Of a stretch of 64,000 nt of DNA, positions 49,263-61,324 are shown piece by piece. Both the position numbers and the translations under genes were made by a program. Numbering within the stretch: position 1 is the stretch's first letter; every line of letters starts with the position of its first letter. The notes under the pieces are model-generated. The model saw nothing but the letters and a program-made list of their open reading frames with translations, did not search any database and was not told the origin of the DNA. Source of the stretch: Gracilinanus agilis (Eukaryota); the NCBI RefSeq assembly GCF_016433145.1, contig NC_058130.1:84962545-85026544 (forward strand), written 5' to 3'.

Positions 49263-49364
49263 TTTATATACCAGATGCCTTATTTCAATTGGTCAGAGGG
49301 CAGCCAATCAGGAGCTTGGGTCCTTTGTGAGGCGAGATGACCACCCTAGCTGATTATGATGTCA
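49263..49364 (-). promoter_or_regulatory. H2A copy 2 promoter: CRE-like element, inverted CCAAT pair, TATA
   Basis: On the minus strand: TGACATCA 49364-49357, ATTGG 49308-49304, CCAAT 49292-49288, TATATAAA 49270-49263. Same order and near-identical spacing as copy 1. Confidence 0.75.
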
Positions 49365-49842
49365 TCACCTTCTCCTTTTCCGTCAACACTTCCTATTAGG
49401 GCCCTTGCCTAGAACATTGTATGGCCACTACCTGTGCAACTTGTTCATTGATCAGTTGTTAACCTAATTTATCTTTGAATGAACTAGAAAAAAAAAAGCA
49501 AGTATTTTTACATTTTCACTTTCATATTTGTGAGCAAATCATATACAAAATGCTTCAGGAAATTAACTAGTAAGTAAAGAACTGCCAGAAAACAGTACTC
49601 AGGTCCCACTGAAAATCTAGTTTTCTCTATAAAGTACAAGGCTGCTTGGACAACAGTTTTCAGGAAAAACAAATCCTTTGGCTAGGCACTGAGAGGCATT
49701 TCTGAAATACTCATGACAGCTATGTGAAACTTTTAAGGAGGGTCACGTTTTTTCATAACTATTTTTTAATTATGTATAAAAGTGCTAACAAAAGGAAAAA
49801 GGGACATTAGGAGGCAGTAAAAGTCCATTAAATTATGCCAAA

Positions 49843-50055
49843 GGGACAGTGAAGTGGCTCAGTGGATAAAGAGCCAAGCCTGGAGATGAGATGTCCTGGG
49901 TTCAAATCCAATCTCATACTTCCTAGCTGTATGACCCTGGACCAGTCACTTAATCCCAATTGCTTAGCCCTTAACTTTCTTCTGGCTTGGAATCAATACT
50001 TAATATCAATTCTAAGAAAGAAGATAAGGGTTTTAAATAAAAATAATTTTTTAAA
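49843..50055 (+). mobile_element. SINE
   Basis: A/B boxes and family body. Confidence 0.75.
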
Positions 50056-53000
50056 AGGAGACTAAGGGGTAATAGCCCAAGGACATATTTGTCTTCTTTA
50101 AGAAAAAATGCCTTTGTGTTTTTTACATCACAATCATGCCCTTATACAGAGTATCCCCAAAATCAGAGTGCAGTTTTACCCTATTAAAGCTTAAAACTAC
50201 ACTATGATTTTTGGGACAGCTTTCCCCAGCATCAGCCTTCTCAAGTAAAGCCTGTTTCGGATAATAGAACAACATGACTAGATTGTAACTGATGGTAAAC
50301 AAAGTTGTATCCTACTCAATTATAATATGTATAAAATCATTTATCCTGCCAGTAGGGTGAACATCTGGTGAACCAAAAGGCAAGAACTTGTCATCTCTCC
50401 AGGGGAAAAGGTGCCTGCATTCTACATGGCTGATTATTTAGATAAAAGAATCCCTAAAAATGAGAAAAAGTCATCAAGCCAGCACTCCAATAGATGTTTG
50501 ACTCATCAGGAAGAAGCTTACCCTTTGAGATGATGAATTGCCCAATTGGCTATTTTTTAATAAAAAACATTCATGGACTTTCATTTAGATTTTTCCAGTA
50601 CCTGTCTTAGGTTTGGACCAATAAAGGAAAAGAGAGAACCTGCAGTTCAAGGGCCCAAACCAGAAGGCAGGGGGGACTTGCAGGGCTCCAGCTGCTATTT
50701 CAACTGCCCCCATCCCCGTTTTACAAACCACCTTGATATCCTGGAGGAGATGGGAAGGTAAAACCAGGTAAACTTCTTCCTTGCCTAAGCCCATATGTTG
50801 CTTTTGGTCAATCATGAGGCTTGCTCCACAGATAACCCCATGAAGCATTTCTTCCTCTTTGCCATCTTATGTGCAAGGTGGCTAGAAAAAGGCAGCCTGA
50901 GCTGTGGGGAGGAAGAAGAGGAAACCAACTCCAGGCTGGCCCCTTTCTTTGGCTATATTTCCAGTGACAGATTAAAACAGGGGAGAGGAGATCATTCCCT
51001 CCAGTTCAAATCCAGCCTCAGATACTAGCATGTAACCCTGGGCAAATCACTTATCCTCTGTCTGCCTCAGTTTCTTCAGCTGTAAAATATGAATAATAGC
51101 AACTACCCTGGAGTTGTTATGGGGACAGAGATAATATCTGTAGTGTGCTTAGCACAGTGCCTGGCACATAAGAGGCACTTTTAATAAAAGTCTTGTTTCT
51201 TTTGTTTTCCCTTCCTCAAAGTGATATTGCCCTATGAGCACCTCTTTTACTGCTCCCTTTGGGGAAATCTATGTACAAGCCATTAACTAATTCTTAAACA
51301 ATTTTCCCTAGATCCCTGGGCTAAAGGACTTACTGAACCAGTGACTGTAAGCAAAGGCAGCCCCCACTCAGTAGAGGCAGGCTCCCCCCAAGAGTTATGA
51401 TGTTGATGACAATTAGTATTTATATAATATTTTTAAAGGTTTGCAAAGCACTTTACAAATATTTCATTTTATCCTCAAACTCTCCTGGAAGATAGGTGCT
51501 ATTTTAATCCCCATTTTACAGTTGAGAAAAACAAGGCAGACAGCAGTTAAGTGACTTGCCCAGGGTCACACAGTTAACGAGTGTCTAAATCTGGATTTGA
51601 ACTCAAGTCTTCTTGACTCCAGATCTTGTACTCTACCCACTGCCCTAAGACTCACCCACTAGAAAGGAATTATCCCTTAGAATGAGTGAAATCAGTCCTT
51701 TTGCTATAAGATCATAGAATTTAGAACTAGAAGGGTGTCCTGAATGGCCACTCCATCAACCAGTGCCATTTCTTGACCACGCGGGGTTCAAGGTGTTGCT
51801 AATGTATGAATTCCTAGCTGCAGAAGTGAGTGTCAGTGATGAATCAAACCTATATTATTACTACTATAATTTATTGTCTACTATAACTATCAGAGTAAAA
51901 TACATTTGAGATTTCTTTCCTTTTTGAAAGACTAAAAACTTTTATTAAATAGGATTTATTCTAATAATTTTTGCTTGCCTAATAAAAGTAACAGTTTTCT
52001 CGAAAACATAGCTTCTTTTACATAGTGTATATATAGCATAGCTACATATATAGCCCTGTCAGTCTGATCGTCAAAAGTATAACAGGTTTTTTTCTTTTCA
52101 CTTACAAAAGGTTTTGTTCCCTTCCCTTCTCCCTTCACCAAGACAGCAATAGCTTTAGTCAAGGTCCTTCTTAGGATATTTATTTGTATCCAAGCTAAGT
52201 AGAATCCTGAGATAACCACCATCCCTCAATGTCACTGACATCAATATATCTTTTATCGTATTTAGATTAATTATGCGAACCATCATGGTTTTCCCTCCAG
52301 ACAAGAGACATGGGATACTGGTAAAGGTCAGAGTCTGATAACAATGAAGGAAAGGACTGGTCACAAGCTAGGCTTCTGTGCTCTGACCAACTTAAACTCA
52401 GAAAATATGACACCCCCCCCCCAAGCTTAGATATGGATAGACCCTGTAACCAGCTAGTGCTCAGAAGTTTTCAGCTACAGTTACACTTGAAGAAGGGACG
52501 TCACTGATAAAATCATCCAGCCTCAAATCACACTGCTGCTAAAGTTTTCAATTACAACTCCAACACAAATTAGGGTCCTTCTATTAGTAGAGAGAAAGTT
52601 AGTCTAAGCCTAGAAGAAATCTGAGAGGTCCAGAGCAATGTACCTATCATCTGGAAAGATTCAAGGGTGCTGAAAGAAGCATTCGCACTCTAAGCACTTG
52701 CAAAGGGTCTAAGAATCCAGCCTTCTGTAATTCTTCTCTAAAATAATGCATATCCTTAACAAATTTCACTGCAATGTTGAATTTTCCTTGTCCCTTTTAG
52801 GAGAGAGCTCAGGAGTAATGTTTGTCATATGATTTTAGTCATTTATACAAACAATTAATAAACATTCATTAAGCACTTACTATATACCAGACACTATGCT
52901 ATACAGGAATTATAAAGAAAGGAAAAAACATTTTTAAAGTTTTAAAATTAGCTGTTAAACATTGGAGATCAACCTGAAGAGTCTGTTCACCCTTATAATT

Positions 53001-54589
53001 AGCCCCCACAATCCTCAAATAGAGACCTTAGAGAGATCATCTAGTGCAAATCTCTCATTTCAAAGATGAGGAGACTGAGACCCAGAGAGGTTCAAATGAT
53101 TTGTGTTGAAGGCCTTAAAGTATCAGAGCAGGATTTAAAAAAAATCCTCAGGCAATATTATATCTAGAGTTTTTTCTTCACCACAATGGGCTACTCAATC
53201 AAAGGCAAATTAATGCTGAGCATCCTTTCTTGTTATTTGTCAGGATTCAGTTGTATTCAACTCTTTGTGGATCCATGTATCATATTATCTGTCCATGGGT
53301 TTGTTTGTTTGTTTTTAGCAAAGACAGTGGAGTAGTTTGCTTTTTCCTTCTCCAGTTCATTTTACAGATGAGGAAACTGAGGCAAACAGGGTTAAGTGTC
53401 TTACCCAGGGTCACACTTCTAGGAAATATCTGAGGCCAGATTTGAACTCACATCTTTCTGATGCCAGGTCCAGCACTCTATGCACTGAACCACCTAGCTG
53501 CCTCATTCCATTTCTCATTAAAAATTAATGAACTGGCACTGTAATTTATCACCTAGTCTTTTGAGTTTTATTAGCATATCAATTAGAACCTGATATAATT
53601 AATTACACTGGAATCATTGAAGCTGAGGGTCAGTCCCACCAAGATGCCCATTTTATAGAAGAATCCCAGCCTGAAAGCCAGCCTAGAGAAGTCTTTTAAC
53701 AATAGGTAAGTTGATCATGACATCACAATCATTGATTATGATGAGACTCAAACATGTGTATACATATATTAACTATGACTGAGCAAATCACTTAAGATCC
53801 ACCTGTTTCACACAATGCTGTAGAATTCATCTAATAAACCAATTCAATAAACATTTATTAAGCACCTACTATATGCCAGGCAGTGTGCTCAGTGTTGTCA
53901 CACTGAAGAAATTCACAGATCCGGATATATTAATAATGTTTTAAAAATATTTTTGAGAAATGGAGTTTGTTTAAAGGGTTTTTATTGGTTTGTTTAGAGA
54001 TTCATTAAGTTGTTTTTTAGCAAAGTTTCTTAAATTCCTAATTTTTATAAAATCAGCTGCATATATAGGACTATTAGGACAAAATAATGTTCCTATATTG
54101 GATGTTTATGCTTAGTTTTTCTTTGTTATACTGAAGGATCCAACTGGGAAACGGTTGGTACACAAAGACAAAAGGCACCACCAATATAATACGTATTTTA
54201 GTAATGGTTTGGTTTCAGGGTGACATCTTTAAAAAAAAACTTCTAGACATTTTTATAAAACTTAAATGTGTAAATTTAGACCTCGATTGAGAAGGGAGGG
54301 GGAGGGTTGAAAGAACATTTGGTTTGAACAGCAGTTTGGTGGGGAGGGAACATGGTGACTTTATTCACCTTAAATCTGTTGATGTGATATGATTTTGAAG
54401 GAGTTCAAAGAAATCATACTTCATCTCTAAAAAACATGCTTTCTTCACTTTTTTTACTGAGATCTAAAATTCCTTCAGAAGGGATCAAAGTCTTTTAATT
54501 GCATGAGACTTACTATAGAAATAATCCCCTAGGGAGTATGAAATAGTTTACCTTTCAGATCTATGAATAAGGAGGGAAATTATGACCAA

Positions 54590-55800
54590 AAAGGAGATAG
54601 CATTAGGAGATGTAAAATGGATGGTTCTGATAATGTTAAATTTAAATGGTTTGTGCAAACAAAACCAATGAAGCCAAGTCTTGAAGGAAAGTAGAAAAAT
54701 AGAGGGAAAATCTTATAGCATATTTCTCTGATAAAGGCCTCATTTCTCAAACATATAGAGAATTGAATAAAATTTGTGAGAATATGAGTCATGCTCCAAT
54801 TGCTAAATAGTAAATAAAGAATATGAATGGGCAAATTGCAGAAGAAATCAAAGCTACTATAGTCATATAAAAAGACTCTAAATCTGGCCTCGGATACTTC
54901 CTAGCTGTGTGACCCTGGGCAAGTTACTTAACCCCCATTGCCTAGCCCTGTAACAAATAAAATTAATATAGAAGGATATATATAAAAAGAGATTAGGGTT
55001 TTAAAAAAATTTTTTTAAAAGACTCTAAATCACTATTGACAGAGAAAGGCAAATCAAAACCTTAGCAGACTGGCTAATATAACAGAAAAGGAAAATGACA
55101 TATATTGGAGGAGATGGGGAAAAATTAGGATGGTCACCAATAGACTATTGGCAGGGTTGTGAACTTATCCAACCATTCTGGAGAGGATTTGGAACTATGC
55201 CCAAAGGGCTATAAAATTGTGTATGCCCTTTGACCTAGCAGCACTACTTTGGAGGAGGAAGAGGAAGAAGAGGAGGAGGAGGAGGAGAAGGAAAAAAAGG
55301 ACTAACACATACAAAAATACTTACAGAACCTCTTTTTGTGGCAGCAAAGAATTGGAATTTGAAGGGATACCTATCATTGGGGTTAATAAGGAAACATATT
55401 TTAAACAATTGTACATGTATGCATATCAAACTACTTGCCTTTTGAAGGATGGGAAAGGGAAGGAAGGGAAGAAGAGAATTTGGGATTCAGAAGTTTTAAA
55501 AACAAATGTTAAGGGGGCAGCTGGGTAGCTCAGTGGATTGAGAGCCAGGCCTAGAGACGGGAGGTCCTGGGTTCAAATCTGGCCTCAGACACTTCCCAGC
55601 TGGGTGGCTCTGGGCAAGTCGATTGACCCCCATTGCCTAGCTCTTACCACTTCTGTCTTGGAGCCAATACACAGTACACAGTATTGGCTCCAAGATGGAA
55701 GGTAAAGGTTTAAAAAATGTTAAAAATTGTTTTTACATATAATTAGAAGAAAAAAGATTAAAATCAAAACAAAAACCCTCTGAGAGAAATAACTAAAAAG
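54590..55800 (+). mobile_element. L1 3' fragment containing a (GAG)n tract and SINEs (54882-55015, 55514-55716)
   Basis: L1 ORF2-end sequence; the SINE at 55514 is flanked by aaatgttaa. Confidence 0.65.
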
Positions 55801-55959
55801 TCACATTAAAATGTAAATGACTGATATCAAAATTTTTGTTAAGAGCACATTTTGCTCTAGTTCTGATGCCCTGTTGCCTGTTTAGTGAAAGGATAGGGGT
55901 GTGAGACTATTAAGTCATTAGTCAAACAGTTACCAGTTATTCAGTGTCCAATATTCATG

Positions 55960-56117
55960 TCATATTTCCTGGTCCCAGTTCCTGGGGCACTCCAGGTCTC
56001 CCCGTTTACATAAAACACTGAAGGAAATCATCCATACCGCCAGGCCTGCAAGGAAGAGCCCCACCACTGAATAAATCACCAATGAGTCGTCATCCTCTTG
56101 TAAAGTTTCTTTTGGGG
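55960..56117 (-). CDS. IgV gene exon 3, stalk + TM + tail (APKETLQEDDDSLVIYSVVGLFLAGLAVWMISFSVLCKRGDLECPRNWDQEI*)
   Basis: Acceptor tcttctccccacag, ~24-aa hydrophobic segment followed by a KR stop-transfer, TGA at 55962-55960. Confidence 0.8.
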
Positions 56118-57339
56118 CTGTGGGGAGAAGATATCCAGTCACCATTACAGTTCACTCGAGCACCATAGCCCCTGATTCAGAAGCATAGTGAAAGAGTATA
56201 GACCTGCTCTATCAGAAGACCTGAGTTCTAGTTCTGACTCTGCCACAAACTAGCAAGTTAGTATGCAATAAGCTTGTAGCTTTACGACCTTGACCTCTCT
56301 TGGATTTCACTTCCTCACCTATCAATGCAGATAACACCTGACCTATTTACCTAGGATTTAAAAAATCCTGCGTGTGATATTTTATTACCAATGAGAACGA
56401 GCAAATTTCTTAACCTACCATATTCAGCTTTCTCTTCTGTAAATTGAGAAAGTTAGACTATAAGATGGTCCCTGAGGTCCATTCCAGATCTCTAATGTAC
56501 ATGTACACCCTTTTCCATGCTGAAGGTTCTTGAGAAGGATACTGTGATTTGAGCACTGTTTGAAGAAGACTTCTCATGATAGAGAAGGAAGGAAGTCATG
56601 GTTTACCTGCCACCTGGAGAATCACATATCCCACTAGTGAATGTCGGCTATCCTCCATGACACATTTGTATGTCCCGCTGTCTTGCAGCCTCACATCCTT
56701 CAAAGTCAGCACCACTTCCCCTGGCCTGATGGAGAGGGAGGTACGGTTCTGGAACTCTGTAGCCTGGTCCTCTATCTGCTCAGCTTCAAAATGATAACTA
56801 TGCACCATGGTGTTTGGTCCATGCTGGCTGAGGCGATACCAAGTAACACTGAGATTTGATAACTGGAAGTCTGCCCTAAAATAAAGGGTGACATTTTCCC
56901 CCATCTTTGAAGTCACTTTTGTGTCTCCCATGAGTAAAGAAGAAATACCTGGGGATGAAGGAGATAACTAAGGTTAGGGCTAGTGTGCCAGAGTCCTGGC
57001 TTCCCAGGCCCTGGAAGCACAATAGGTCTCCTCCCTCTAAGCAAACTAGACAGGTTCTGGGCAGGAAGAACAGGCTACTGGGGAGAACCTTCCAGAGAAT
57101 TATGCCTTTCTTACTCCCTAAGTTCAGATGCTCCTTCAGGCCACTCTGCAAATAGAAAAGCTTCTCCTCTGGTCTCTTTTAACTCTGCTTCTCTCATAAG
57201 ATTTCATCACCAACTCACCTGTAGACATTTTTGCCAGAATGAGAGCTTCAGCAATCCCAAATAGCTTCAGAAATCCCAAAAGCAAGAGCAAGGACCACCC
57301 ACAGGAATATTGCCTTCCTGGTGTAGAGGAGAAAGCCAT
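55960..57339 (-). CDS. Single-IgV type I membrane protein, B7/butyrophilin-like; complement(join(55960-56117,56607-56948,57219-57339)), 206 aa
   Basis: Three exons with strong GT-AG phase-1 junctions; spliced length is 621 nt, open. Signal peptide, then a V-set domain (VTWYR, VHSYH...EDQ...F.NRTSL, L.L.DV...DSGTYKC), then a TM helix and a 15-aa tail. The ATG at 57339 is inferred; a 5' UTR exon may exist further upstream. Confidence 0.78.
56607..56948 (-). CDS. IgV gene exon 2, V-set Ig domain (342 nt)
   Basis: Acceptor ctccttcatccccag, donor cag|gtaaa, V-set motifs, sequons NVT, NLS and NRT. Confidence 0.88.
57219..57339 (-). CDS. IgV gene exon 1, signal peptide (MAFSSTPGRQYSCGWSLLLLLGFLKLFGIAEALILAKMST)
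   Basis: Leu-rich core and donor cag|gtgag at 57218; phase 1 matches the Ig exon. Confidence 0.7.
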
Positions 57340-58599
57340 CAATAAAGAATCAGGAAAATCCACTAAATTTATTCTATTACTCTACAAATGATCAGGAAAT
57401 CCCAGGAGTCAGTCATACTCAATTTATATCAACTTAATTTGCCCTTTTTCATGTAATTACAGTATTTTAGACAACCCCTAGTCTAATCCATCCTTGAAGA
57501 AGGAGTCACTTCCAAAATATCCCCAAGAAAGATCACCAAAGATTCCACCTAAACATCTCCATTAAAAGGGAACTTCCTACCTTTAATTTGATAATTTTAT
57601 TAACTGTCTCCTATATGTCAGGCATTTCTAATCATCCTACTGTATTCTTGGACAACTCTAATTCTTAGGTTTCAAAAGGGTAGAACTAGAAACCTCTTTA
57701 GGGCTCATCTAATCTAGTGATTCTTCATTTTAAGCTATCCTCTTGCTTTGGGTCTTTGGCATAAATGGAGGCTTAGACATTGACCCATTATTAACAGATA
57801 GCATGCCCCTGCTAATAAAAGTTTTCTTGCTCAGATAATTGCCTCGATTTATCCTTTTGTTAAATTTCAATGACGGAAGCTTGTTTCCAGTTTTTTGATC
57901 CTACAAATAACATAGCTATGAATATGAACATGGTGGGGAGAAGGGCACAGTGGTAGGCAAGATGTCTTTAGAGTATATTTCTAATAATTATGTAGCAAGG
58001 ACATGAATCTTTACCATGGTAAAGAATCCACCCCCACTTTCTGCCCCTACCAACTTGTATATACATCATAGGGACCTAGAGCTGAAAACATCTGCTCTTC
58101 CTTGTCTTTATTTCCAGGCTTTCTCAGGTAAGAGCTCCATGGTAATTTCCATTGCCTGTCCCTTTTGTCACAGAGGAAGGTGGGAAATGGAAAGGCAAAG
58201 AGAAAGGGAATATGAGAACCATCCCAAATCTTTCTCCCCCATGCTGAGATGAGGTGACCTGTGAAAGGCATGCTACTCTAGTGAAGAAAAAGAGACGAAT
58301 GATTCATAGAGAGGGAAATACTTTTATTTAGAAAGGGTAAATAAATATGCTTCCATGACAACTGAAGAGGGTTTTCATTTGAAGTATTATAAGACAGAAA
58401 GTTACCAAGTTGGGACATTTTGGACCTACGATTCAAAAACACTGAAGTTGCATTTATAAAAAGAGAGTTAAAGAGCAGTGAGCAACCAGGAGACAGGACT
58501 GTTGTGGTAAATAATTGGGGATGGAATCTCATTAATGAACTCCTGAAATTTTTTCCCACTGGAATTAGGGAATCAGGATTTCACTGAGAGAGACCCTTT

Positions 58600-58785
58600 T
58601 ACTTCTTTCTTGTTCTTTAAATTCTTACTTACTGTGTCAATTCTAAGATAGAAGAGCAGCGAGGGCTAGGTGATCAGGGTTAAGTGACTTGTCCAAGGTT
58701 ACACATGTCTGAGATCAGATTTGAACCCAGGTCTTCTTGAGTCCAGGTCTAAAGTTCTTCTATCCATTATGCTACCTACCTGCCC
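58600..58785 (-). mobile_element. SINE
   Basis: Family body on the minus strand. Confidence 0.7.
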
Positions 58786-59203
58786 GATAATTCTCTCTTG
58801 ACTAAGGTTCTAGGAAAAGGAAGGGTATTTTTTGTATTCTTTGTTCAGTAAATGAAATTTGTTCTTTGCTTTGTGAGACTGAATGTTTGCAAGGGGAGTT
58901 GATTTCCATATTTGGAAGCAGTAACAGATTGATTTTCCCAAGTGCCAGCTGAATCGGTTAAGGGATCAAGAACAGAGAAATGAAAGGTCACCAAAATGAC
59001 CATAATATAAATCAGGAGAGTGCCATGACACAAAGGTTGCAGTGGAATTACTTGTCTTAAAGTTTAACTTAAGAAATTACTTCCTAATTTAAACCTATGT
59101 AAATATGATAAAGTGTCACTAGGGTTAACCTTATCTGATAATATAATAGTGAGGATGTTTTCAGAGGGTTGATGAAGACTATCCTAAAACTCATCCTCTA
59201 GGT

Positions 59204-59369
59204 CAGGGGTCTGCAACGTATGGCTCTTTCTGCAAGAGCCATAAAATCATTTTTTTTTCAGGCGCTGTTACAGGAGCCGCACTGTGAGCACTGTACGGCT
59301 CTCATGAAATTACATTTTAAAAAATGTGGCATTTATGGCTCTCACGGCCAAAAAGGTTGCCGACCCCTG
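59204..59369. mobile_element. hAT (Charlie-type) MITE, 166 bp
   Basis: 16-bp TIRs CAGGGGTCTGCAACGT / CAGGGGTCGGCAACCT (2 mismatches); 8-bp TSD ctctaggt / ttctaggg fitting nTCTAGnn. Confidence 0.85.
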
Positions 59370-59729
59370 TTCTAGGGTTTCAGGAAAAAGAGATGATCTG
59401 AAGGAAAAACTAGGAAGAATTAAAGTGGCACACATTCATATTATAATCAATGCAGAGCCAACTCTGCTCTATATTCATTGTGGATGAAGGCACTAGACTG
59501 GATATACCTCTAATATTCATTTCATGCATTTCAAATTCCTTAACCATCAAACATTTTGAATGATTGTTCTCTAGGGAGAAAATTCAAAACGTAGAAATGT
59601 AGAAAGAGATTTGACTAGGATTCAGGACACCTGCATACCAGGTGTGTAATTAGAATCTGTTATCCTAAAAACTACAATTCCCAGCATCCCACTCTCCTCA
59701 TGTTACATGCTGACGTAGGGAGGATAGTT

Positions 59730-59730
59730 T

Positions 59731-59777
<47 letters not shown>

Positions 59778-59948
59778 CTTTTATCTTAGTATCATTTCTA
59801 AGACAGAAGAGCAACAATGGCTAGGAAAATAGGGTTAAATTACTTGTCCAAGATCACAGAGCTAGGAATTCTCTGAGGTCACATTTGAATCCAGGTCTTC
59901 TTGACTCCAGACCTGGAACTCTAACTACTGTGTTACCTAGCTGCCCCA
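59730..59948 (-). mobile_element. SINE whose tail has expanded into a (TTTC)n microsatellite
   Basis: (TTTC)n at ~59730-59778 is contiguous with the SINE 3' end. Confidence 0.75.
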
Positions 59949-60377
59949 CTAAAGCCCTTTCTAGAACTAACATAACATCCTATGCTTCTGTGGTTTTATT
60001 GCAGGTAAGTTTAAGGGAAAAGTGTGAGGAGGAAGAACAAGAAAGCACCAGCTTGAGTTTGTTTGAGCAAGGGAGCATGGAAGAGTGGTATAAGAGTGCA
60101 AATTAATGAAGTTGGGAAATGCTTATCAAGAACCTCTCAAACAGCTGGTTCCTCCCTTTTCTCTAGCACCACTGACAAATCTATCTAGTAAGAGAGTATG
60201 TGGGACCACACCACAAGAGGAGGAGCTCTGGATCTCAACTGTTGGGCAACTAACAATCTAATAAGAGAGAGGCAGAGATGGCAAGGCATGATAGCAAAAA
60301 TTGGAACTAGACGACCTCGTCTTCAATCCTGACTGAAATTTATTAGGTGTGTGAACTCAGTAAAGATACTTAACCTC

Positions 60378-60561
60378 TTTTTTTTAAAACCCTTAACTTC
60401 TGTGTATTGGCTCCTAGGCGGAAGAGTGGTAAGGGTGGGCAATGGGGGTCAAGTGACTTGCCCAGGGTCACACAGCTGGGAAGTGTCCAAGGCCGGATTT
60501 GAACCTAGGACCTCCTGTCTCTAGGCCTGACTCTCACTCCACTGAGCTACCCAGCTGCCCC
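60378..60561 (-). mobile_element. Young SINE1_Mdo-like SINE with TSD
   Basis: Flanked by ttaacctctttt on both sides. Confidence 0.9.
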
Positions 60562-61324
60562 TTGTTAACCTCTTTTAATTTCAGTTATTGTCATCCGTCA
60601 AACAGAGGCAAGTCTGCACCACCTACCTTACCAGGTTGTTGTGAGAAAACCATTTTGTGAACTGCAAAGTGCTATAAAAATGGGTGCTTTCTAAGTGAGA
60701 ATGGGAAGATTTTCATCAGCCTGTTGTCCTTGATTCCAGGAACATGGAGTCTAGGCTCAGCCCTTGGTATCTTTTGATACCAAGACAGTCACTTTCTTTA
60801 ACCTTTATTAATTACCCTATCCCTTTACCTTGGCCTGTTCCTTCCACTACAGTGCTAATCCAACTGTTTTTTTCCTCCCTCCCTTTTATAGTTCATTCAA
60901 GCCTCACTCATCTTAAATAGCCCCAATATGAGAGAAACAAACTCACTTTTCTGGGACCATCTGGCTGCCATATTTCCTTCCAGTGTGATCACCTAGCAGC
61001 TGAACCAGTCACCCAGTGCCTCTTGATTTCTCCGTTGCTTTTAACCATATACTTTTCTGAACTACACCTCTAAGGCAAGTCCAACCCAATGTCCCAACCC
61101 ACCCAACATATCCAAAATTTCTGATGTTGGAAAGTAACTGCTTATTCATCAGTGGTGGAACTTGATAAGACTGCAGAACCAATGCCTGTTCTTGGGGCTG
61201 GTTCATTAAGTAGCATCTCTCTAGAAGGACAGATGAGCTTTCTTTCTCCCCAGCCACATTTCATAGTTGAAGGGTTATGAGTTTACCAGATTAAAAAGGA
61301 ATTAGAAGGAATATAGAGGAATGT

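Noticed and set aside
55217-55528. ORF with a poly-Arg/Lys run resembling a protamine or NLS
   Set aside because: Translation of a (GAG)n microsatellite inside an L1 fragment.
58118-58127. Plus-strand 10-nt microexon with strong acceptor and cag|gtaag donor
   Set aside because: Not a multiple of three, antisense to the IgV gene, and no partner exons found; likely chance.
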